The notes under the pieces: generated by a model
Told to the model about the DNA's origin: nothing
The model's database searches: none
Seen by the model: only the letters and a program-made list of their open reading frames with translations
Made by a program: the position numbers and the translations under genes
Shown: positions 13,701 through 28,514 of the stretch, piece after piece
Numbering within the stretch: the stretch's first letter is position 1
Layout of the letters: each line of letters opens with the position of its first letter
Origin: Phallusia mammillata
Taxonomy: Eukaryota
NCBI GenBank assembly: GCA_965637545.1
Contig: OZ281501.1
Location: 992,001 to 1,056,000 of the forward strand
Reading direction: 5' to 3'
Length of the DNA: 64,000 nt

Positions 13701-16700
13701 GTTATTTTATTTCTTTTTTACATTTCGAACAAGCCAGCAAAAGGTTATGTTGTGGCAAAAAATACATAAGCTGTTATATAGAGACACTCTTATGGTAAAC
13801 AAAAAAGCCTGTATTGTTTTGCACACTTATTGAAACTGGAAATCATTGTTTTTTTACGAATCATTCGTTACAGGAGATTGGAAGTTCGACCTTGTTGTTC
13901 AACAAATTGTTCAACTTGTGCCATTCAACATGAGGTGATACAAAGGTTGCGTAGATTGTCACAACACACACAAACGCGAGTCGAACTTTTCAGAGTCCGC
14001 AAACACAACAAACCACGCGAATTAAAACTTACGACCTATACGCGCTTTCCAAACTATATCATGAACCTATTCTGGTCACCTATGGCCGTCTATTATTCCA
14101 CCACACAAAAGAAAACATCTGCCAGTCTATAGAATTACATAAAGAATTGAGCGTTTCACTTAAAGGGATTTTAACACGTCAAATTCAATGTTTGCTGCAA
14201 GCGCAGACACTAGGCGTAAAATCGCGTTTCATGACAATGGTTTTACTGTAGAACAAAACCTGCAATTAGCGGTGAGCTGATCAAAGCAACGACGCTCACA
14301 GGTTAACACAATAGAGATAAAAAGATTGACGCGGCTTGTAATTAGTCAAGGCCATTGTGACGCATCTTCCCTTACAAAAACATCAGGAATATCAACGAAC
14401 AAATTGCATTTCTTCGCACAAAATTATATAGCTTCGTTTAGGAATACTTGTATTTTGAACTTAAAGACGGCAAAGTATGTTGCCTGGTAAATAGAGACGC
14501 ATAAACTTTGTTGCAACTGTTTTTTTTAAATCTAAAATTATTAAAAATGTTTATTTTTGAAACCAACCACCCCAAAGTAAAACCAAGCGTAAACTAAATG
14601 TTCTTTGATTTGCTTATTTTTGCTTGTCAGACTTAAACAACGCATTTAAAATCTTTGGAAAAATCAATCTTGTCTCAGCCCAAATGAGAGTTTAACTTTC
14701 TGTCTGCATCAGAAAGGTTGTTTTTCAAACAAGTTTCGGTGATGTTATCTTGTGATTCGGATGATTAGTTGCCGAAGCTCTAGTTTGATTGCACCTGGCC
14801 TTAACATCCCGGTTTGTTAATCCTGATTGATAAATTTGTTCAACGCCATTTTTAATGCAATAGTGTTAACAAGTATCACATTTAAAGTCTTGTTTTTAAG
14901 TCTTGAAGTTTGGGCGCTTGTGGAAAAAGTGTGCCAAGGCCATTGGTTAATTAAGTTTTAAGTTGACTTTGAATTGTTTCCGATGTAACTATACTAAAGT
15001 CTTAAACCATTTCGGTATTTGCTATTAAACTTATGATTATTTCCGTAATGTTTTCCACCAAGATAAAGGTGAATCTATTGCTGCTCAGAATCGTGGACTG
15101 TTGACATTTAAAAAAATGTTTTAGCGATTTTTTCAATTCACTGGTGAATTAGTCACAATAAAAAAATATTATGGAAGTAATTGGTGGCACGATAATTCGG
15201 TTTCACACTTTTAAGGAAGCAATAGAAGCCAGATCAAATTTCACCAACTCAATGCGCAAGAAATCCGACTCATTCCCTCAGTCAGGACGTTGGGCTTACA
15301 CTTTAAACTTTCTTTAGCAACATCTTTCAAACACTCTTATCACAAAATCCTTTTCTGTCATTACTCTTGGTTTCCTTCCACAATCGTTACAAAAACAAGT
15401 TTTCCCCCAATCCAGTACAAAGTTTTCTTAGGCTTTATGAACACAATGGAGATGTTTGGCCAGAGAATCCTTTTTGTCCACAGTAAGGGATAGTCGTTTC
15501 ATGGTTATGGTGAGGGTTTAGGGTGTTCGTAATACTTCTGTTTGAAGTTCCCTTTAATTTCACACGAAACAACATTTATTTTACCATCTAAATTACCTAG
15601 GTCTGAATATTTTTTCAAACGCTTTCTGTGTGCTTATATGCTTCCCAGTATTGGAGCTCATTTTACGTAGCTACTATTTAACCGACTGTTTGTTTCTGTC
15701 CCATTAAACATTTCACCACATATAGGAGGTGAAACGAGTTTTCGGGGATTTATCACTGCTAAATTACCTCATTTTTATTTGTGCTTCTCCACACTACGTA
15801 ACAAGTTAAACGACCCTCCTTGGTAAAACTTGAGGACCGTCCCTGGACTCACAAAACTTCCTATTCTGACGTACGTTGGATTTGTTGGATCAAGCAACTG
15901 TGTTGTTTCTGCTGGTAAAAGTTGTGGCCGCCTGTACGATGACCAATTGTGAGAATATACGGCGATACTTGAGAATATTAAACGGGTTTATAACAACTTC
16001 TTGTCTTACATCAACACGATTTTACACAGAGGACCCTTATGTCTCCCGAACCATTACAAGTAAAATCTACTGTGGCGCCGAAAAATGATTTCACACTATA
16101 CGATCGTGTATGACGTAGTGATTGCGTAATTTAATCCATCTTTACTCAAGTCTTTAAGCCTAAATTTGTGATGAATATTAAACAAACGGGTTTAACTTTT
16201 TATTTTGGATGTAACTTATCTATTACATTTGAGACACTTAATACCAACCGTAATACATCAGAAAACATCGCAACAAAAGATGGAACATAGTATTTTTTAT
16301 TTAGTGATGTAACATTTTTGTTACCCAAAAACAACTGAATCGGTAAAGTGCATTTTTCCACAAATGCGATCTTTTCTAGTGTTACACCCATAAACAGGTT
16401 GAAATCAATGTACCAGATGGTCAATATTAGGGATAGCCAGGCACAACCAACGCCCCTTTAGCTAACTTCCGTCAACAAACGTTAACTTCAAACACAACAA
16501 AAACTCCTCAATAACTACCGTATCTTCCCTTCCCACAACGGGCTATTATTCCTTTTAAGTTTGTTTACTCATTCTCCAGTCGACCGTGTACGATGTATCA
16601 AAGCACACTGACACATTGTGTATGAAACATTGACAGCGCGACCTACCAAGTTCTAATTCTCGTGCGTTAGAGCGTTCGGTCGCGACTTGCTCTTTCAACA

Positions 16701-19700
16701 ATCGCCTTTGATTCGACGTTTCCCGGTTATCTAACACTGAATTGAATTCGGAAACTATTGGAAGTGATTATCTCCGCTCGCTATTGACCTTGTGTTGTTG
16801 TTGCAAGGTGGCATTCATAACTAAAAGTTAAGTATCCTGGCAATCATTCCCTATTCTGTTACCATTCATTTAATGAATTCTACCTCTTATACTGTATATC
16901 ATAAGTTGCTTTGAAATATGTTTTTCCAGGTTAAAATTGTTTATTTCCAGTTCTTACTAAAAGTTAAAAAAACGCCAGAGAACATGAGATATTGAATACA
17001 TTATATTGCACACTTGTATGTACAAGTTCTCTGTCAGTTGTTTGTATTCTAACTACTTTTAAGTTTAATTGATATTTTTTATACACATGGGATATTGAAT
17101 TGAGAAACTAATCAAAACAATGATTGTCCTGTTCACACGTGTCTGTTTAAATCGTAACTCGTTGGTTTTCACATAGAACGAGTTAACATTGAAACAAAAC
17201 TTGAGAGGTATTACCTGGCAAAATCTCTTTCAAATTAAATATCAATTAGTCTTTGCTGAGAATCGCTCTTAGGACAAGTTGCCGAAACTTCGATCAATCA
17301 ATCTTTCAACGGTCAGTTTGGTCAAAGTTTAGTTTGGCCTGATCCTCACCCGACAACAATTGATCGTTTCATCACAACTTACCTGTTCTGACGTCACACT
17401 TCAAGTTTCCGGACGCTAACTGTGACGAAACAATCTCCGTTACGTCAATAAAATATCCTGCCCATAACATCAGTGATTTTTGTACGACTAATGTATTTTT
17501 TGTATGGATTATATTTCCTGATTCTAAGTACGATACGCTACTAAGTTTTGCCATCTTTGGCGTTGCAGAAACACAGACTGTTCAGATGCTATAAAATTTC
17601 AAACGAAATACTAAACTATTTGTTTCTTCTGACAATAAATGTTGCGCTGACTTAAGTGAAGTTTTGTCTACTTACAGACCTGTAAATATTCGAAGTGAAC
17701 CTACTTTTCAACCATTCCACTATTAACGTCTATGGCTAATGCGGCTACATCAAAGATCTTGACAAGAATAAACCTCAACAGGTTTCATAGAACAAGTAAA
17801 GCTATTTAACCACTGTCCTGTAAGCAGATATGTCTTGCTTTCTCTTGCTTATTTTCAAAACAAGGACACTATAGACCAGACGAGAGACACCCTTAAATCG
17901 GGGTTCGACATACTGGGGGTGGGTCGTTTGATGTAACGAACGATGTAACAAGTAAAGTAGAATCGTGTTACAAGATGTAAACAGGACACGAGGTGCGATC
18001 GGCCTCACCCAAAAGCTCGGTGCGAATCGTGCACGACTGGAAGGTTCGTTCAGGCCACCACATTCAGTGGTAAATATGTCCCAGATATACTTTACGTTGA
18101 ATCGAAAGTGTCTAACTTCTCGAGATTGACGGGGCAAAAAACTTTAGTTTAGACTTTAATAATGCTCTGGTCACAAAAAATGACAGGGCATAGACTTTTC
18201 GAAGCTCAGACTTCAAAAATCTACTCTGAATTCGAAAAGATAAAAAAGAACACATCCTATATATCTACGTTTGGTTGACTTTTACCTTGTGTTCTATATA
18301 TTTTTATCTAGGGTCGTATGAGAAATGGCATTGTGCTGTAACAAATCAAGTCAGGGCGACAAAAACAAAACAATTGGATGCGTTTATTTTGTTTTAAAGT
18401 GGACAATTTTGAGCAATGTGTGCCGACCTTTACGAATCAGCAAAACGATGAGTTTTTTCTGAGCATCACTGGGATGGAAAATCGCAAACATCTTACACAG
18501 TATCCAGTCAGTAGACCGCGTGAATCGTTCTCATCGACGAACTACAATTTGTTTTGACTTCTCGGGGACCTAACCTCTAAACGCTATTTAGCGTAACGCC
18601 GACGGCTGTAGCGGTATCTAGAGCCCAGTATGAATTGTGGAAAGTCGGCGACATAACCGTCTCGGTTCGCATCAAGAGATCCGAGTGCATTTGTGAGCTG
18701 GTTTGAAAACACGGGGTCGACTTGCGTGCCACGGCAGAGCAAGGTGCCATGAAGCGAAGCCTCTTTAAACTGAACGCAGGTTCAAGTGACAGCACTTGCT
18801 GAACGGTGTCAGGTGCTCCAAGCCACTGCGTCATCCACCAACTCATGTTACCAACATTCTGCCTTCTTCCCTATAACAGCTCTGTACTCACGCGGGTTAA
18901 GTTTTCACCCAGCTTCTCGCGTGCCTTGGACCATCTTGCCTCGCCCCAATCAATCCATTTCAACTCCGCCTCCGATCGACTAACTTGTGGGTAATTGGAA
19001 ACAGGCGTAGCACCTTTGACACTCCATGTGCAGAATCTATCACTGCTGGCGGAACATGACAATAGAAGGTGCTCGAAGACGGATAAACCCAATGGGATTG
19101 GGTGGGAGCAAGCAAAGCAAATTCCAAGCCCCTGTTTAATCCAGTAATCCATCCTTTAACGTCACCAGTGCACGTAACACCTGCGCACACAGATTGACAG
19201 ATCTCTTGCAATCACAAATTTGTATCGCTTGCAGGATGTTGTGACTGTACTATGGATAATTTAATTCACAAACTTGTGGCCACCAAATGAACATTTTCAA
19301 ATGAACACATCGGTTTTGGATACGGCAGGGTGCAATTAAAAAGAACAAATTGCAAAGAATAATTAGTCAATCAAACTGTTTGTGTTTTGATGGGTTAAGG
19401 TCATAACAAATTTATAATTGCACATTGTGACACTATTTACGAAAATATCGTGAACGGATCTAAACTTCTGGTTTCAATCTCTTTACCAAGGGCGTTTTTA
19501 TGGTTCATAGGGCGGCATCGTTTAATGTGGTAGCATTTACTTAAACTTGGAGCTAGAGTTCAGTAAACCTCCCACATACAAAGTTACCCAAATCATCACC
19601 CCACGTGGACCCCTAAACCTCTTGTGCACGACCCCTTAAAATACACACACCCAAGTTGTGAAGCCCCACGCTAGTTCGTGTTGTGTAACTTATTGGAGTT

Positions 19701-20442
19701 TATTTTTCCACGCTCGCGCGCTTTTGGCGGATTTTGTGATCACGCTTGTGAACAATGAAGCAATTGTTGCGTCACAGCTAAGCTTGGTTTCACAGAAAAC
19801 ACGGGTTCGGACCGAACGATGACACGAAATCGCGATACTTGTGAAAAATAGAAGATTATCAGAGAGCTCGACTGTAACAGCGTAACCCGACATTTAAATC
19901 AACAGTTTTGTCTTCATCACCATTTAAGCATCATTACATATTATACTTCAATGTTTCGGGGTTAAATGTTTCACACCACTTGACCAGCAACATGTGTTTA
20001 GGCTTTTGACAATAATACCGCTATTTCCGCACTTGCTCTAATTTGCTTTGAAGGTAAAATGCCGTTGAGTCGTAGCACTGTCCAGTATCACACTGTTGGA
20101 TCAATAAGACGTTTTAAGGGCTATCGCACAGATTTGTGGCGTTTTTAACTGTAGGCAAGTTTGGGTATAAACTTAAAACGGCCAGTTCTACACAAAACGA
20201 CATCAATAAAGATATGTTCGTCCCATTAACAAGAAAGTAATCACCTGAGAAAAATGTCAGGCAACGAATTTGAAAATAAAAAAACTTTTGCTTTTAGCGA
20301 CCACATATACACTTTTTTAATTTGAATAAAGTAAGTAAAGTAAACAACAGTACATGGTGTTACAATGTGCAGCTGCCCACATGCTCACATAAGTAAGAAA
20401 ATGTTCAGGTGTTAAAATAAAATCTTTACCATTCGTTTAGAT

Positions 20443-20860
20443 CAGCGGTTCCCAAACTGGGGTCCGCGGTCCTTTAGGGGTCCGTGGGGCAATCTGGGGG
20501 GGACCGCGAAGCGGTTGAAGTAATTCTATAATCTTATTTGGCGTCAGTTTGTGCCACTAAAAAAGTTTAAATGAAAGTCGAATTGAGAATCGACTGTCTC
20601 CATTGCTAAACAATGGCCTTTATTGAATGACAACTATCAAAATGCAATTGTTCGCGCACAATCGTAATGTTTTTGTCATTTGTGATGTCAAATGCTGTCT
20701 TTAGATCATTGTTATGCGCAATTTTGCATAACTGGCTAAAATCCTGCAATCAACTTTCGTTTTTATGAAATACACATTTAGGCTCTAAGGACCGCGAGCC
20801 CTCGAAATAATGACAAAGGGACCGTTTTGAAAAAAATATGAAAAAGTTTGGGAACCACTG
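20443..20860. mobile_element. hAT-type (Charlie/Buster-like) MITE, 418 bp
   Basis: TIRs CAGCGGTTCCCAAAC ... GTTTGGGAACCACTG; perfect 8-bp target duplication GTTTAGAT (20435-20442 and 20861-20868). Confidence 0.9.
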
Positions 20861-23349
20861 GTTTAGATTGTGAGAAGCAGCGAAAACTTAACGTGTGAAG
20901 TTACCAAATGGTTGACAGACCATAGTAGCGTCAGCACAGCAGTAGGGAAAACATCAATCAATCTTGTGATCTGCCGGACCCCCAACATAATGGGCCCCTA
21001 GACCCCCAGAGAAGTATGAGACTAAAGGGGTTGGGGGGTTGAATTAGTCATCGCTGGATAATGCAGGCTATAGTAGAACAAAAACCACCGAGATATCGTA
21101 TTTACTGATAAGCAGAAGCTAAGGTACTATTTGTTTGAAATCCACTCCCTGCTAGAGGTAGACATAACAATAACAATGTTTGTTACTCTATCCATGGCAC
21201 TTGAATAACGTTTACTCTTGTAAAGTAAACAATAGACATAAGCGTTGAAATCTGGTAACCTGCAATTTAAACCATGTCTGTGACGCAACAAAACAATGTC
21301 TGAAGTTTGCTGCTTGTGTGTGTATTTATTTTTCAACATAAATCTTTCCAGCAAGTCAGAACAGTTTCCAGTCGTTTAGGGCTTTGCTGGCTACGACTAT
21401 CTACACTTAAGCGGGTTCATAAACGAGCTTTGTGCAGGCAACCGTAGGGTAGGTTAAAAAATCTAGCAATGTAAGATTGTCGCCATAAACTTCTGTGTGA
21501 AAAATGTTGCCAAGAAATTTGAACACAGCGCTGGTATCAACATGATACCGTTTCGCAAAAGCCCGTGGCTAATTGAAGTACACTATGGTTATTATCGTCG
21601 CTTGGATAAAATCGTGTGAAACATATTCCTTAAATAGGCCACAGTATATTTTCGCATGTGGGTTCGCATGGAAACATATGTAGCGAAAAATCTCTCTCTT
21701 GCCGCTGTGTGTAATATAACTCATGTTGCGTCCAATTGATCAAAGACCAAAAACGATATCACGCCGGGAAGAGATGGATTTAGTTGGCCGAACGCAGCTC
21801 TCTCGCTCTCGCTGTAGCATCGGAACTAATTTGAACCGTGTCGAAATTGCTAAGCGCAGACTTTACCATAATTTGTTTGTTCCCACGCAAAATGATAACA
21901 AGTTTGAAAATATTTAAACCAATACTGTGTGTCTATTACGACAAGTAATGTAATAATTGCGCTATACATGTATTTCTGTTTACATTGACTTGAATTTAAG
22001 TATCAGCTGTGTTTATTTATTTGGCTGAATAGACTTTAATATGTTGCTATATTTTCTTGGTCATGGTTCCCGTTTTGTAGTATTTGTAATTGAAAATCGC
22101 AAGCAAATGCGATTGAAGATACATTACGGCGTTTTGAACCATTACTTCGTCTACTTCGAAAATGACACTGATGTTATTAAAACTTTGTCGTGTTTTCGTA
22201 TTACTTGGTTTTGGTGTTCTTAACTCTAACGGATTATTTAAGTTAAAATCATCAAAGATAGACAACACATGCATTGAAGCTACCTACTTCATAACATTAA
22301 ATTTTAAACTAATGGAATCAGATCGATATGTGTTATCACAAATACATAATAATCGTGATATAATACTCGTTGATCCCAATCTGATTGATACAACACGAAA
22401 TGTGATATTAACAAGGATGTATAATCCGGGTATATTGAGCAAAACCTCTCTCGACATAAGCAGGTCGACTGGGGTTTACAACACGTCTGAAGAGGATTCT
22501 AATGCCTGATTAGGTTTGATGGGTTTAATCCAGGGTGATGACATGTATAACCAACTTATATCTACACAGTGCAGAGGCGGGGTATTAAGAATCCAGGCCA
22601 AAGATATTATATCAGCTCTGGATAGATAAGTTGCAGTGCTTTATGCTTTGCGTGTGGTCGAGATGGGCCAGAAAAACGGTTGATCGAAATAAAAGAATTG
22701 CGCAAAAAAAACTTGAAAAATGGCCACCTTATTTCAAAAAAATGCGAAGATATATGTTAAATAAGACGCGGCCCGAATAGACGTCAAAAGCGACATAAAA
22801 TTAATTTGCCTTTCGTCAAAACAGTTTTGCCTTTGTCAAAACATCGTTTGAATACAGACAGCAGTTTGCCGTAACTGATAATACTGTGGGTCACACAAGG
22901 AAGATTTGCAATCAACTGGAACATTCTACCAGCAAACAGTTGAACACAACAACCCACAATTGTAAATTACAACACGGTGATCTTTCTTTCATCCACAGGC
23001 AATCTTATAGCTGTTTTGAAACACGAACATGGCTCTTTCAGTTAGTGGGTGGCGAGGTAGTTTTTCACGCTAGCTCTGCCAACCAAGCGTTAAAGCGAGG
23101 CAGAAACTTGACATTTCCACTTCCGTTTGTGGTTGACCGGCGTCTGCGGACCGACAGCAACGGGGGCAGCAAGAAGAGTTTTTCCGCCGATTTATTGCAC
23201 GAGCTTCATGTCGAAGGCGAGACGAACACAAACTATTGCCTCACCGCTATATTTAACCCACACTAGCCTATAGGCTATAGTGCAGTGAAAAAAGGAGTTG
23301 TGAGGTTCCGACTGTCGTCCTTTATGATTTTTTCCGTTATCTGCTAGAT

Positions 23350-23627
23350 CAGTGGTTCTCAACCTTTTTTCTTTCGTGGCCCACTTTCATTGCAAAAAAA
23401 ATCTGCGGCCCAGTAAATTTTTAAGATAGAAAGAAAACAACTATAAAATAGGTTCAGAACAAAAAACAAAACAAAAAATTTCCTTATTAATTCCACCCCA
23501 AGCCATTAGTCTTGTAAAATTGAGTGTAGTGACACAAATGAAAGTAAATTCTTAAAAAAAGCTTTCTATTTGGTTGGTCTGTGGCCCAATCAAAATGCTT
23601 CCATGGCCCACTGGTTGAGAACCACTG
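23350..23627. mobile_element. hAT-type (Charlie/Buster-like) MITE, 278 bp
   Basis: TIRs CAGTGGTTCTCAACC ... GGTTGAGAACCACTG; perfect 8-bp target duplication TGCTAGAT (23342-23349 and 23628-23635). Confidence 0.92.
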
Positions 23628-25520
23628 TGCTAGATGCTTAATATGCTGATAAAATGGGTTGATCAAAAATTCAAGTCCCCGAAAGTTACAGCAACTTATG
23701 ACAATTCGTTTTTATATTGTAATATACCGTAGAATCATTGGACGTGAACTAGTGTAAAACTGGGTGTTAAAAATCATAAGACCATCCGAACAGAACGTAA
23801 CGAAACAGAAAGATTTCGAACAGAAAATTTTTGTGACATGTGTTAATACAAAAACTGATACTTGTTCTTTCAAACTTAACTATAGAATTTCCCAGTCTCT
23901 TGCTTGGTTGACGAAGACTTTCATGAACTTTATTTCTATTGATTTAAGTTCATGAAAAACATTCAGTCCTTACGATTTTAAGATATAAGATATTTCGCTT
24001 TAACAGCATTGTCAGTATTTTATTTTTTGAATGACTTTATGTTTTTCACCAACGTACAAAAATCAATTAAATTTTCATGTTACGGTATCAGAACAGCTTT
24101 AATTTACAATGTGTACTTTAGCGATTACAACTTATAGCTTCCTTTTCCGTGTTTTGATGTTTGTCTGATTCACTCGATACATACAAGATAGGTTTAACTT
24201 TATCTCAGTATGCCAACATCCAGATCAATCACGACTTTACGCCGGGGAAGTTTACATAGGTGTGTTTCAGTTTTCTCATGTTTTCAGTCTACTGCTTATA
24301 GTGAAACATGCCATCGCGTACACATTAGGATTGGAGCAGTGCTTAACATTTCCGTGTACACAAGGAAGGAAGTGAGTTAAGTTTGGAGCTTTGTGAAACA
24401 CTTCATACGAATTATACCTTATCTTATCTTTTGTGGCATATTGTGAAGCTGATTTCATGACACAAATTAAAACCATACAGCATTTGAAAAACAAGTTACA
24501 ATGTTTATTTACGTTTTTAGAATTGATCTTTTTTCTAAATTAGTGCTCTTATTTGAACCATATGCAAAAAGTAGGTCATGTTGCGCGATTGGGTATCTTT
24601 GTTTAGGCAGCAACAAGCATAAAGTTTAGGTAGAACAATTATTGTTCATACTACATGTAAGATGTAAAGCTAATTTTATGACAAATTTAAGCGATACAGA
24701 ATCACATAAAAAAACCAACAAATTACTTTTGCTATTGGTTTTTACCTTTTTTGTTATTGTAGTGCTCTTTCAAACTGTATCTTGAAAGGTAAAGTTAGTA
24801 ATGTCACGTGATTGGGCATTTTGTTTGCTGAACTTGACACAAAATTTAGGCGAAGCAGATCTTATTAATACTACACGTGTTTGTTTTGGTCCGAGGGAGA
24901 AGCGCAGACGCGTCTCTGACAGTGGTCACGCTCTCAATACTGGGCGCAACGTGTAAACAGCGCCCATAATATCGTGTCAGGATAAAGCAGATTATATTGG
25001 TCTTGTTCCAGGATTTTAACACACCATACAAGGCTTTCAGTTTATAAATTTGACTTCATGGTAACAGAGAAAAACATTGGAAAGAAAATCATAAACTACA
25101 AATATGTGGTGCAGAAAAAAAGTGCTTTTATTAAATAAAATGATTAAAAGAAGCTGAGCAAAAAAATCAGAGCCAATATATTTGTGTAGAACATAACTAC
25201 GTTTCGACAAGTACTATTGTCATCGATTAAAAGAAAATATTGTATAAATGATAATTGAGAACTACTTTCTAAAATGCAGTGGAATTTCACCCAATGTGAA
25301 CATTCATGCAGAATAAAAAAGCAGAAAAAATGTTTTCAATAAACGTTTGTACGTGTTCTCGATCGCCCACTGGCGGAAAATGATATTTTTTACCACCTCG
25401 CAAGTAAATCAAAGGTCTAATCGTTTTTCCTAACTCAATGGACCAGCAGTCAATTTGAAACAAATTTTTAAGTAGATTCATTTAAAGATGTTTAACTTTT
25501 TCATATTGTTTTAGTAGTCG

Positions 25521-28514
25521 TTATTCGTAAATAAATTTTATTCCAGTTTGAGCAAGCTTATTCTCCATGATCTCATCCATTCCTTCAGATTGCGCAACAG
25601 TGAAATAGTTCTTCCACCCTCCAACACCACCTAGCGACAAAATAAACTCATTAAACCGTAAAAAAGATTTAGCGAGGCAATAATATGTTAACGGGCATTC
25701 TTTGCTAACGTTAAGGTTGTTGTCTGTTGGGAAAAAATCATGAATGAATTACCTTACCAATATTATATCGAACAAACTAAATAAGAACCAATGGAGAGAG
25801 TTTTTACTTTCTGTTAAAGCCAATTTTCGTATTTGTCAAGACACTCATGAAACTGAGATTTACATAGAAATCACCTTTTCGTATGAGTTCCATTTTTTGA
25901 AACAATTTTGAATCCGGATCTTCCTTCTCGTGAAGATCGCTTTTCATTTTACTGTGGGACGAATTGGCGACTACGTTTTCGATGACGTTATCGCTTGCTT
26001 CGGTTCCAATAAAGTTGGCAAGTTCTTTCACGTGTCCGGTTGTGTCCTATTCAAACAAATATAAGTTATCAACAAATCTGTATACTTTTAAGAAAACAAA
26101 ACAAAACAGACAAATGTCCTCTGTACCGTTAGTATTTAAGTTATTGTTTGAACCAAAGTTCGGTTCGGGTTAAGGTTTAAGTTCGAATAAAACAGGTTGA
26201 TTCGGACATTCCTCATACACTGGATATCTGTTCCACAATTTCAACAACTTTCGAACCTAATTAGGGATTTGTTTAAACAAAACTTAGGCTCTAGGTCCCA
26301 ATTGAAGGCCTGTTTGAAACGTTAAGATGAATTGGTAAGAAATTATGTTGTAACTGAAGTTCGTCAAAAGAGCAAAAATTTCATTTTACATTCGCAACTA
26401 TATTACTTCAAATAACTTACCACATAACCCAAAACGCAGTATATAAAACCCTAGGCCAAACAGAATCAACCAGTGAACAATTTTTGCACAGAATTTATTT
26501 TTCACCAAGATTTTGGCATTTACAGTTCCGGTGAACGAACTCAAACCTTCCTCAAATATATGTTCTCATGCCACATACGTCTTAGGATTTGTTGCTTAAC
26601 TTACGGCTAACATATCCTCGTATACAATAGACATAACCTTTGGATGCTTCCAGTATGGAAACCACGTCAAAATATTGTCCGGATAAAACTCGTTGTCTTT
26701 CATATTGGAAGGAATGATTCCTAAAACATAAGAATGTGTAGTTGATTGGATTTCATTGTAAGACAAAGAAGTATGAAGTTTGTATTTAAAAACAACAAAA
26801 TAAATGCTTGGTGGAAATGTGAATGCGTACGTGATTAATTTTGACATGTTTACAAAAGGGCTGCCACCAAGAACTTGGTCGTTACCTGCCATATAGTTTT
26901 CCAACCATTGGTTCCAATCTTTCGGCACAATTTCTGCATACGGAAAATGCTGACTGAAATGATACCAGGAAACGGCCTGATCCTTTGGGTTGCGAATCAC
27001 GTTGATTATCTGCAAAAAGTGCATCATGTGAGTTGTCTTGATGAAGGCGTCTTGTATGGGACGTCGGAACGTCGATTAATTATAAAACAAACTGCTGAAA
27101 GAGCTATTTTTGACGACTTATGAAATATCTCAGCTCTACGCCGTGCCTGGATTTTCAGTATTCGTTTTTAGCTTGGTCTCCAGTTGTGCAACTATTTTTC
27201 CCCTTTTTTTGCCTGTTTATATTTATTTGTGTACGGGTGGCTGACTTGACGACCTATGGACCCTTCGCTATCCGCGAGCTGCATGCCCAGTGTATTTTAT
27301 CCTACGCAAACGCAAATAAATGTGATTGGTTCAGGTCTGACTTCACACTCAGTTACATTTATGTTGTTATTTCATTTTGGTAAATGAAATTTAAAGCGTA
27401 ATTCGGGAATAAATTGCAAGGCCAGCGTTGGGGGACCAAGCAAGGGCAAAGTTAAGCACAGGTTGTGTCTAATCACCCGAATATCTTTTTGCAACCATGC
27501 ATCAAGATTGAGAAGGTTAGCTGGAAGGTGAGTGAGGAATATTCTTCGTGGGAGCGGAATACTGTCCATCAGCTTGAAGCTACAAACTATCAACAAATGC
27601 CGAAAAAGATCCATTAACTTAACTTTACTTGGTAAACGTCAAACAATTTATGAAAAAAACAATAACCAATCGTAATGTTGGGTAGCCCAGAGTTGTAAGT
27701 AGGGCGAAATCTAAGTTTTAGGTTCGTAAGCACGTTTGACAGCACAATAAATGACTAAGACGGTATAATTTGAAGACAAACATTAGGCAAGACATTGTTA
27801 GGTGGTTGAGCATAGGTCGGTAATATGTTGACGTATTTGCCTGGTCCAGATTCGATGTATCGCAAGGGCATTGGCATTGAGCCGCTGATCTTATCCAGTT
27901 TCTCATCTTGTCCGTACAGAAGCTGGCGTATGCATTCCTTCACCCAGTTTGTGCCTGGAAGAAAACCAACATCATGTCATCATAACCAAGAATGATGAAC
28001 AATAACGTAATTTTGACAGTTAAAAATGAGGCAGAAAACTGGTGATGAAACCAAACACTGGTGGACTTTGATTTATTTCGACAACGTTTGATTATCGGAA
28101 GTACAAAATAAAGAAAAGACTGATCATGAATTCTCTAGCGTCTAGAGGACTACAAACTAAACTTTGCCCAGCAAACAAACAACAAAATTGGGCAAAGCAA
28201 TCACCAAGCACTAACTATTTTTCACAAATATTGACACAAAACACAAGGTACACCGCAAACGAAAATACACACTAATAATCTAAAAAAACAATATCCTTAC
28301 CGCTTCGGGGGTACGTTGCAATTATAATGTCCCCGTCTTTTACTTGCCATTCGGCACAGGCATATTTGACAGTTTCTGCACTAAACACTGCCCCGAACTT
28401 ATGTCCTTTCCATTCTGTGATCTCACTGGCTGCACCAATACCAGCTAAATATTTCTCTAATTGTCTAATGTCATCGGCGCATTCAGTTGGTAAAATCGTG
28501 TACAAGTAATCCAT
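25521..28514 (-). CDS. Cytosolic PAPS-dependent sulfotransferase (SULT family), 7 exons
   Basis: Exons 28514-28301, 27954-27841, 27586-27477, 27009-26886, ~26730-26610, 26046-25875, ~25630-25521. Motifs: 5'-PSB ATYPRSGTNW, THLP, 3'-PB RNPKDQAVSWYHF, YEDM, and RKGGVGGWKNYFT. The exon 2/3 junction needs a GC donor and is the least certain boundary. Confidence 0.93.

Noticed and set aside
18650-18676. EF-hand-like DANRDGYV on the - strand
   Set aside because: Position 12 is Pro rather than Glu, there are no flanking helices, and the frame has nearby stops.
22162-22509. 115-aa ORF in the gene-free region
   Set aside because: AT-rich, with no homology I can recognise and no exon partners.
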